Assembly (NCBI GenBank): GCA_002633005.1
Contig: NMRA01000337.1
Location: 458,229-490,259, forward strand
DNA: 32,031 nucleotides
From: Phoronis australis
Taxonomy: Eukaryota > Animalia > Phoronida
Direction: 5' to 3'
Shown: positions 26,601 through 32,031 of the stretch, one piece after another
Numbering within the stretch: position 1 is the first letter of the stretch
How the letters are laid out: every line of letters begins with the position of its first letter
The notes under the pieces: model-generated
Databases searched by the model: none
What the model saw: the letters and a program-made list of their open reading frames with translations, nothing else
Told to the model about the DNA's origin: nothing
Position numbers and translations under genes: made by a program

Positions 26601-27557
26601 AAGTATGGTTTTAAATGGGGTCGCATGTTCAGTGATGCATTAAATAAGCACGTGCTCTTAAAGGGGTACAACTGGCTGTTTTTCTGAGACAAGGCTCAGT
26701 GCAGAGTCGCACTTGAAACTACGCAGTTGTAGGAAACACAATTGTAATGAACACTCTCACAAACTGATATTTAACTCCTGGAACACAAACCTGTATTCTA
26801 TACACAGTCTGTTACTGCAAGAGTTAATTGATTTTTTTTGTTTTTTTTTCTACAGCAAAGTCATAAATCTCCCTACTGATAGTCAAAACATGTTGTTTTG
26901 CTTCTTGCATTTCTTGAAATGCTGTCTTCTTCCTGCTGGCGCAGATTTACAGATTTTTATCTTTCACGTGTTTTTGACAAAGTTTCTGACTTTCACTCAG
27001 TCTTGGCGTGATTTATGTGACAGGTTTTTAGCTACAAATCACAAGACAGACATCATTAGACTCTTCGATAAATAGACAATATCTACTCATGCAGACTTTA
27101 CCTCAAAGTGTGCACTACTGTGATCCTTGTGGTTCTCACCACAACCCACGACCAAACAGCCAGCGTGGAGACAAAGCCACAGATTAGGCCCATGGACCCC
27201 GCAGCCATCACAGGTGTTAAGCTAAAAAAGATGATGAAACTCATACTGTTACAGACTGAATTGCATTTTGAACTTTTATGTCATTAGAACTAGGAATACT
27301 CCTAATCCTGGTATCGTGAAAGTTCATAATCACAACAACTGTACTCGGTGTAGTATTTTCACCAACATAGTCTGTATTTAACATTACCACATCACAACTA
27401 ACTGTACTTACTGTTGTCTTTTCACCAACATAGTCTGTGTTCAAATTACCACATCACTACTAACTGTACTTACTGCGCTCTTTTCATCAACATCTTGCCA
27501 AGATGTGTTTCCAACCAGTCCAACATGCGCACATCGACTTATCTTTGATTTGGACAT
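5494..27557 (-). CDS. USP20/USP33: Ubiquitin carboxyl-terminal hydrolase 20/33 orthologue; 12 coding exons in window, 3' part (His box, DUSP domains) outside the window
   Basis: Manually spliced exons 27474-27557, 27102-27221, 26233-26333, 23337-23464, 19161-19230, 18477-18590, 17099-17177, 12427-13096, 11773-11873, 11229-11386, 10682-10786 and 5494-5654 join in frame (1891 nt). Motifs: zf-UBP (CAH..C-x2-C..NLWLCL..GCGE..DHS..H..WCY-x-C), Cys box [63 protein letters not shown], all matching USP20/33 as recalled. Confidence 0.96.
5660..5958. repeat. 33-bp minisatellite (~9 copies) abutting the exon 12 acceptor
   Basis: Unit gaaatgagtctaataatgagacaacagtactct. Confidence 0.96.
6045..8393. mobile_element. 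Non-autonomous TA-flanked DNA transposon (Tc1/mariner-like ends), ~2.35 kb
   Basis: Perfect 20-bp inverted ends including TA: tactctcgagttccgaatag (6045-6064) and ctattcggaactcgagagta (8374-8393). Repeated (c)tattatt subterminal motifs at ~7960-8360. No long ORF inside. Confidence 0.85.
8813..8981. mobile_element. Small MITE (~170 bp)
   Basis: 17-bp inverted ends actgtagttttcaaaaa (8814-8830) and tttttgaaaactacagt (8964-8980), with TA on the left. Confidence 0.7.
8982..10493. mobile_element. Non-autonomous TA-flanked DNA transposon with TACCGTA-type ends, ~1.5 kb
   Basis: Left tactgcatttgccct..ataagcaccca versus the reverse complement of the right end taccgtatttgccctaagaagcgccca (13/15 at the terminus). 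Internal 50-bp tandem duplication at 10208-10307. Confidence 0.75.
10682..10786 (-). CDS. USP20/USP33: USP20/33 coding exon 11 ([35 protein letters not shown])
   Basis: ttctttcag acceptor, gtaagt donor, 105 nt, phase 2-2. Confidence 0.96.
11229..11386 (-). CDS. USP20/USP33: USP20/33 coding exon 10 ([20 protein letters not shown]...[11 protein letters not shown])
   Basis: tgtgtag acceptor, gttagt donor, 158 nt, phase 0-2; [11 protein letters not shown] motif. Confidence 0.95.
11402..11585. repeat. 59-bp tandem repeat (3 copies) next to the exon 10 acceptor
   Basis: taaacacaaactgttag starts at 11402, 11461 and 11520. Confidence 0.93.
11694..11788. repeat. Degenerate 23-27-bp repeat (4 copies) of the exon 9 end and donor site
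   Basis: Minus-strand donor-like hexamers at 11767-72 (true gtgagt), 11740-45 (gtgaat), 11717-22 (gtgagt) and 11694-99 (gtaagt), each preceded by a GAACGG-like exon end. Confidence 0.8.
11773..11873 (-). CDS. USP20/USP33: USP20/33 coding exon 9 ([34 protein letters not shown])
   Basis: tttacag acceptor, gtgagt donor, 101 nt, phase 1-0; S-x-ISD-x-FDG and VQCLTC motifs. Confidence 0.95.
12427..13096 (-). CDS. USP20/USP33: USP20/33 coding exon 8 ([17 protein letters not shown] plus long acidic, low-complexity insertion)
   Basis: ctttcag acceptor, gtcagt donor, 670 nt, phase 0-1. Lies within ORF 12359-13129. Confidence 0.92.
13234..13590. repeat. 40-bp minisatellite (~9 copies)
   Basis: Unit aacaaataatcatcagtctgatcattagtcatggcatatg, period 40. 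Confidence 0.95.
13735..13921. repeat. 25-bp minisatellite (~7-8 copies)
   Basis: tggtaag recurs at 13743, 13768, 13793, 13818, 13843, 13868 and 13893. Confidence 0.95.
14168..16022. mobile_element. Kolobok-type DNA transposon, internally deleted and non-autonomous (1855 bp)
   Basis: TTAA on both sides (14164-67, 16023-26). Perfect 14-bp TIR AGGAGAATGCCACC with RR..YY termini. Contains a THAP-domain remnant, as Kolobok transposases do. Confidence 0.88.
15333..15616 (-). pseudogene. Frameshifted THAP zinc-finger domain (transposase N-terminus remnant)
   Basis: One frame reads [34 protein letters not shown] and a shifted frame continues [15 protein letters not shown]. Together they give the C2CH plus P, W, F THAP signature. 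Confidence 0.85.
17099..17177 (-). CDS. USP20/USP33: USP20/33 coding exon 7 ([26 protein letters not shown])
   Basis: ttccag acceptor, gtgggt donor, 79 nt, phase 2-0; PMFRGY-x-QQ motif. Confidence 0.95.
17238..18112. repeat. 38-bp minisatellite (~23 copies) with a 190-bp (5-unit) higher-order repeat
   Basis: Unit gactgcattgtaacccaccataatacagcaatgactgt. The variant gtgactacattg..gactttg recurs at 17609 and 17799. Confidence 0.97.
18477..18590 (-). CDS. USP20/USP33: USP20/33 coding exon 6 ([15 protein letters not shown]...[16 protein letters not shown])
   Basis: cttccag acceptor, gtatgt donor, 114 nt, phase 2-2. Confidence 0.94.
18684..18738. repeat. 17-bp tandem repeat (3 copies)
   Basis: (gagattaatgataaaca) x3. 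Confidence 0.9.
19161..19230 (-). CDS. USP20/USP33: USP20/33 coding exon 5, catalytic Cys box ([23 protein letters not shown])
   Basis: ccacag acceptor, gtgagt donor, 70 nt, phase 1-2; canonical USP Cys box. Confidence 0.97.
19313..20720. repeat. Diverged 34-bp minisatellite (~40 copies)
   Basis: Consensus gacattgaatcccaactgcactagccatcactat. Contains a recent exact 100-bp duplication at 19321 and 19421. Confidence 0.96.
20865..21182. repeat. Diverged ~21-bp minisatellite
   Basis: Consensus ttcccataatattcaaggctg. Confidence 0.9.
21361..22733. mobile_element. Non-autonomous TA-flanked DNA transposon with TACCGTA-type ends, ~1.37 kb
   Basis: Left taccgtactcatccgggttac versus the reverse complement of the right end tactgtactcgtccgcgttac. 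The subterminal motif cccRtgctc..ttaccg occurs near 21385, 21440 and 22652. Confidence 0.8.
23337..23464 (-). CDS. USP20/USP33: USP20/33 coding exon 4, linker (MRERSVAP...[13 protein letters not shown])
   Basis: tttgcag acceptor, gtaata donor, 128 nt, phase 2-1. The acidic linker ends in K-x-RG just before the Cys box. Confidence 0.88.
23624..23864. repeat. 30-bp minisatellite (~8 copies)
   Basis: Unit ttgataccactgggtaaggacagYagctWa. Confidence 0.95.
24126..24447. repeat. 46-bp minisatellite (~7 copies, assembly gap at 24259)
   Basis: Unit attgcacaaagctgacactgtcttcatggtggggaggaaagaggct. Confidence 0.94.
24664..25000. repeat. ~32-bp minisatellite, interrupted by a transposon and resuming at 25902
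   Basis: Unit ctggatgaatgataatgttcatataacaaaVc; aataatgttcatgta resumes at 25902. Confidence 0.93.
25001..25901. mobile_element. hAT-like non-autonomous element (901 bp) inserted into the 32-bp minisatellite
   Basis: Termini cagggtttcccct and aggggaaacactg (12/13 inverted match, CAG..CTG ends). It cleanly splits a repeat unit. The target-site duplication is imperfect (aatgataa / aataa). Confidence 0.8.
26233..26333 (-). CDS. USP20/USP33: USP20/33 coding exon 3, zf-UBP end ([25 protein letters not shown]...)
   Basis: cttttag acceptor, gtgagt donor, 101 nt, phase 0-2; the LT-x-NLTT..WCY-x-C motif is typical of the family. Confidence 0.94.
27102..27221 (-). CDS. USP20/USP33: USP20/33 coding exon 2, zf-UBP ([40 protein letters not shown])
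   Basis: ttttag acceptor, gtaaag donor, 120 nt, phase 0-0; zf-UBP Cys/His pattern. Confidence 0.95.
27336..27493. repeat. 62-63-bp tandem repeat (~2.5 copies) containing the 3' end and donor of coding exon 1
   Basis: The actgtact..ttttca(c/t)caacat block recurs, with gtact at 27341, 27404 and 27466; the last copy is the real exon/intron junction. Confidence 0.88.
27474..27557 (-). CDS. USP20/USP33: USP20/33 coding exon 1 ([28 protein letters not shown])
   Basis: ATG at 27557-27555. Acceptor tttctttcag ends at 27569, leaving 11 nt of 5'UTR in this exon. Donor gtaagt at 27473-27468, phase 0. The C-x-H resembles the USP20/33 N-terminus (CPHLDS). Confidence 0.85.
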
Positions 27558-27654
27558 TGCAGTAAAGTCTGAAAGAAAGCAGTGTTGAAGTTATAGTAAA
27601 TATATATAGACGCTGAGGTTGGCCAGTAATGAAATAAATAAACACAGAAAAATC

Positions 27655-27732
27655 AGGAACCGCAACTGGGAACCGAACCACAGGTCTCTAGATTGCCGGT
27701 CTAGTGCTCTCACCACTGAGCTACTGAGGACT
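27655..27732 (-). mobile_element. tRNA-derived repeat (SINE-like head), not a functional tRNA
   Basis: Minus strand has A-box TAGCTCAGTGG, stem CTAGA/TCTAG around a 7-nt loop and a B-box-like GGTTCGGTTCC. The acceptor stem pairs poorly. Confidence 0.7.
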
Positions 27733-27818
27733 CGATATCTGTGCAATTACTGTTTACAGCCAACTGTTAAGTCATACGTCAAATGAGCGGCGTTTCACCT
27801 TTTTCACACAGGATTTGG

Positions 27819-27895
27819 ACAATTATATATACAATTATATATACAATTATATAAACAATTATATATACAATTATATATACAATTATATATACAAT
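27819..27895. repeat. 12-bp AT-rich tandem repeat (~6 copies)
   Basis: (acaattatatat)n. Confidence 0.93.
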
Positions 27896-28683
27896 CAGCA
27901 ATTCACCAGCATGTGTTAACTAGATCTAGTAAATATATAGATGCTGAGGTTGGCTCATAAAAATGTTTTGTGAAATGAAATAATGTTTACTTTATATATT
28001 AAACCCGTTTTGGTGATTTTGAACAATCCTCGTTCCGGCACATCCTAATGCATAACTGCATACAACTTGAGTTAAAAAAGCAGGATTCAAATAAAAACTC
28101 ATTTTCTCTGAGTTACTAATTAAACACTGTTGTTCATGGTAGGTGGTCTTTCCATACAGTAGTTCTGTAAATCGCCTAAAGCGTAAGTCAAAGACTTTGT
28201 AAAGACATCCAGATTTGGCTCCAAAAGTTTTGGGTTGTTGGGGATTACAAGGAATTATCTCATTTCAGAGAACTGGATGCGAAAGTTATTTTTTTATCTG
28301 CAAATAGGTCAAAATGGGGTTTGCCATCCTTTTAATACCATAAATACAAGCCAAGGTGTTGAATGAGGAGGGGTAGTCAACAAATGTGTTTAGCTGACCA
28401 TGAATTTGTGAGAGCCCAAAGAGGCTCTTTGGAAAGGCCCATCGTAATGAAGTGATTTTGTATCCAACAAGAGCTGCTATTTTTGATAGTACACATCTCA
28501 ACTACTCGCAGTTGTAGATGAAATGTACAGGAAAATGGCATCAGTCAGATGACTATAGGGTACCATGTTTTCAAGTCCAGGTATCAAAATAAGGTGACAT
28601 TGAATATAACTATTAATATCTATGACAGACGAATCAAATGAGGTATCTTTTTAAATTTCTGGTTATAGTTTGTAGTTACGGAG

Positions 28684-29428
28684 TGTCACGTTTTTCTTCG
28701 TGTGTGGGTGGACGCAGGTTGTTACAGACCGGTGCTAATAGCTTTCGGTGCGAAGATTGACTGAAGACTGGTTCGAGTTAATCCTTTATTAATCCCGACT
28801 GTACTTTCACAAGCCTACTCAAACAGAACGTCCGATGTAATGTCTGTTTACGCTCCAGCCAATGCTGCGAAGCCTTGACTTGTGATGAACTTCTGAGACA
28901 CGTTCAGCAACTGTTACACTCGTCGATTCAATAACCTGCTGTCTCTATTGCTGGCTCTCTATTGACTATCACTGTAAATGCTGATTCTCTTCACTGCAAC
29001 TCAAATGTAGTTCTCCTGATTAACTTTCTTGAACTTACTTGATCTCTGTTGAACTGACTTGATCTGACTAACACAAACCCGTGCTTGTGTATTTATAGCC
29101 TAATGCATTGTTCTGGAACTTTACATCAATTCAAGAACATTCTAGAACTTTCCTGAATCTACCCAATCATTCTACAAACATATACTAGTCTCTAGAATAT
29201 TCCGGACTGCATTAATTACTGTCATGCTAGAGTCTTCTAGAAAGTTCCACACTATACTGTAGTAAACAAATTAGATCATCACTGTTCTGACCTCAGTCTT
29301 CTAGAAAGTTCCACACTATTTTGTAGTAAACAAATTACATCATCACTGTACTTAACTCAGGGGTCATGGCAATCAAACAGAATAACAAAACAATACAACT
29401 AAAAATACTGTCAGACTATATTCTGACA
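28684..29428 (-). mobile_element. Solo LTR of an LTR retrotransposon (745 bp)
   Basis: TGTCA...TGACA termini with a 5-bp target-site duplication cggag (28679-83) / tggag (29429-33), one CpG-type transition apart. On the minus strand TATAAATA (29097-90) precedes AATAAA (28790-85), giving U3-R-U5 order. A 64-bp internal duplication lies at 29231 and 29295. Confidence 0.8.
29066..29311 (-). promoter_or_regulatory. Heat-shock-element cluster with TATA box and Inr-like motif inside the LTR
   Basis: TTCaaGAAcaTTCtaGAActTTCctGAA at 29130-29157 (six alternating nGAAn units). TTCtaGAAagTTC at 29235-47 and 29299-311. TTCtgGAA at 29111-18. TATA at 29097-90 and TTAGTC at 29071-66. Confidence 0.75.
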
Positions 29429-31039
29429 TGGAGGGACCCACATATCTGACTACTAATGTAAATTCCCCAATTTGGGATCCTGTTCTGCTGGCGAGTGTAG
29501 TGAGACAGTATTTGATCTAACAGCTGTGCTGGCCTTCTACTGCATGCGCATACTGTCATTAGTCATGCAAACTGAGGTTAACTATGCCAGAGTTGGCCAA
29601 TAAGCAGCAGAAGCAGGTTCTAAAATCGGGAGAATTTCACTGACTGGATTAAGAATGCATGAATCTCCTGATTTGGAGAATTTACTTTGATATACTTTTT
29701 CTTGATATTGTAAGAACAATTTCGTCAATGGTGAAAGTCACCTTAATAAGTTCTGGGAGCTGTGATATTACCCGTACTTGATTTGGTTGTACAGTCTTAT
29801 TTATTACATACAATTTCTATACTATGGGATGATGGTTTATTTACAGTATTGTTAGGTTATTGCTTTCAGCAAAAAGTGAAAACAAGTCATGAATCTGTCA
29901 AACCAAATCAACCTGGTCAATTTTTAATTCCCATCCTCAATCTAGGTAATTTTCACGTGGTATTCAATGGTTGCAAACTAGACTTTCCCTGATTAATAAT
30001 TTGTTTCCCCTTGACACTTTGTGAAATCCATTCTTCCAATTAGAGAATATTAATGGAGAAACAAATTTCTCCCAATTGAGAGAAATTCTCCCAATTAAAG
30101 AATATGCTTCAGCTGATAAGGGCTCAATATCTAATTCAGCGACCCTTCTGTCAGTCGATACACATGCTGGTACACCAAGGCTTGACGAAAAAAGAGGAAA
30201 TTTTTACAACCCTAACTACACATTTCACTCTAAACGATACCTCAACAGATCGGAAGTAAACATTATTATCACAAGATGCCCTACAACTGTGTCGTGTTGG
30301 CAAAACGCACTCATCTGAAGCAGTACCTGACATCTATTTCAGCAACAACAATGAAGGTAATTAGATGCAACAATAGATATTTCTTAAATTTAAAAGATAA
30401 TGATACAAAACTTGAAGTGTGAGTGACAGGAGCTTATTCTTGATTTGCTGCAGGGAGACCTATAAAATTTTTTTCAATTCTTATAATTACGATTATACAA
30501 AATTACAAAAAAGAATTTGAAAATCAATCCATAGATTATCTGGAAAGCCTGAAATACATACACATTTAATTCCAACAAAAAATTTAATTCCAACGCAAAT
30601 GGAAAAAAAGTCCAGACGAAAACCTGTGGCTCATACCCCAACTGTTAGCATGGAAAAATTAAAGTCAAAACAACCTACTTTAAACTATAGAATACATCAA
30701 TCACAATCCTAAGTTGGCCAAAAATTTTAGCTTCAAACTGTAATTACGGGAGATAATTGTTCATAAGCCACGCTGGTGTAGAAGAAACTATATGACATAT
30801 AAAATAACTACAAGGACACTGAAAATAGGCTGGCAGAATTTGTAAACAATGGCGTAGACCAATCACATCATTCAGAATCTGTCACATGATTATTTCTCTC
30901 TTGAACTGCAAAACTCGAGTCACAAAATAGAACATAATTTACGGCAATTTTAAACACAACTGCAGTAACAAATATAGCACTTCAAAACGTGTTTGTAAGT
31001 AAAATCAATTTACTCAGAGACCCGAGGTTTAAGAGTTTT

Positions 31040-31400
31040 GAATGTTTCGAACTGTATTCTACAGTTCTTTATCAACAGATGGTAGGTGGGGGTCCTGGTT
31101 TCCGGTCATTTTTTTCTCCAGAAGTAGTATGGCGTCATAGATGGGCGGAAGTTGCAAACTTTGATCGCGATTTATGGTGGGTTTGTTGGTTTTAACGTAT
31201 ATGGATTCTTTGATCTCTCTAGAGAACCGGTTTTCCTCTTTGGCCAATATCTTTTGCATGTTTACCACATACGGTATGCCGGAGATTCAGAGATGTTCTC
31301 CTATGCCAGTGGGCTTGTCCAGTTTGTTGTGTTCTTTGATTCTGGTGCCCAAGGATCCCTTGGTTTCATCCATGTAGGTATGTTCTCTTTTGATGTACAG
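31040..31400 (-). mobile_element. 5'-truncated Penelope-like retroelement fragment (GIY-YIG endonuclease C-terminus and 3' end)
   Basis: TYMDETKGSLGTRIKEH..TGIGEHL*..KILAKEENRFSREIKESIYV..PTINRDQ..LPPIYD reads in one frame with a single premature TGA. It matches the Penelope GIY-YIG pattern YIGET..L..R..EH / LNRD. Confidence 0.88.
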
Positions 31401-31482
31401 CACGCGTGAGTTCGCGCACTTCGCTCGAGTAGGCCTACACTTTACGTTGGCAACAACGTACATGACAGACGACTCATAAGTC

Positions 31483-31545
31483 ACTCACATAAGCCTAGAA
31501 ATGGGTGAATGGTTTGAGAATATCTTGGCGGCTCAGTCAAAAACT
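31483..31545 (-). other. Candidate non-coding first exon and donor of the USP20/33 gene
   Basis: The ATG exon begins with a splice acceptor, so an upstream UTR exon is expected. A gtgagt donor sits at 31488-83 in a relatively CpG-rich stretch. No transcript evidence. Confidence 0.3.
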
Positions 31546-32031
31546 ACTTTGCTGAAAGTAAAGATGTGGCTGTTGGGACCAACTAGAGCCGTAGTGCAAT
31601 ATCAGGGATATTGTCGTGGATATTGGATAATAAGTGCATCTAACGTGAAAAGTACATGTTTTTCCACCACAAAATTTGGTAAGGTAATCGTTAAGAGTTA
31701 GTAGAAACATCGCTGTTCTGACGTTTTATCACATATTATGCCGTGGACCGAAACTTTCTTCGGCACCTCCGGAAATTTGAAAAAGTATTCGAAAATGCTA
31801 TGCAATGAAATGCATCAAAGATCGATTCTACATTATCCCACGTTCACGCAACGTCAACAGGTCATCGGGAGGGCTGTTCTCGGTTAGTATTCTTTTGAAT
31901 TTGATTTGGCAACAACCACATAACGGTCGAAGTCACACGAATTGCTTTACATTTTTGAGGAATCTGCCGAGAAGTGTGAAAACTCAGCTCAAATACGTTG
32001 GAAATTCAAGGTCGCATTTTGCGACTTGATA

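Noticed and set aside
27655-27732. Functional tRNA-Ala(GGC) gene
   Set aside because: The acceptor stem does not pair, the anticodon loop lacks U33 and the T-loop deviates, consistent with a tRNA-derived repeat.
30151-30333. Alternative first coding exon (MSGTAS... or MSAFCQH... frames)
   Set aside because: 27474-27557 gives a better family match with correct phase and splice sites. The MSAFCQH frame meets its donor in an incompatible phase.

Overview
Eukaryotic (animal, probably invertebrate) genomic DNA, not a prokaryotic locus. Most of the window is one minus-strand gene, an orthologue of the deubiquitinases USP20/USP33. I traced 12 GT-AG coding exons by hand from the ATG at 27557 down to 5494 (1891 nt, 630 codons, all splice phases compatible). 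They cover the zf-UBP domain, the Cys box and most of the USP catalytic domain. The His box and DUSP domains must lie beyond the left edge. The introns hold a Kolobok-type element with a decayed THAP domain, several TA-flanked and hAT-like non-autonomous DNA transposons, and about a dozen unrelated minisatellites. Upstream of the ATG exon are a tRNA-derived repeat, a solo LTR and a Penelope GIY-YIG fragment. Three things stand out. (1) The solo LTR carries an hsp70-style promoter (perfect 6-unit heat-shock element, TATA, Inr and a splice donor) pointing at the USP start-codon exon. (2) Tandem repeats repeatedly copy the gene's own splice sites into the introns. (3) An unexplained ~190-bp-period array with a conserved TGC..ACGCA motif ends in a cluster of palindromes at 1-4670, part of it duplicated across assembly gaps.
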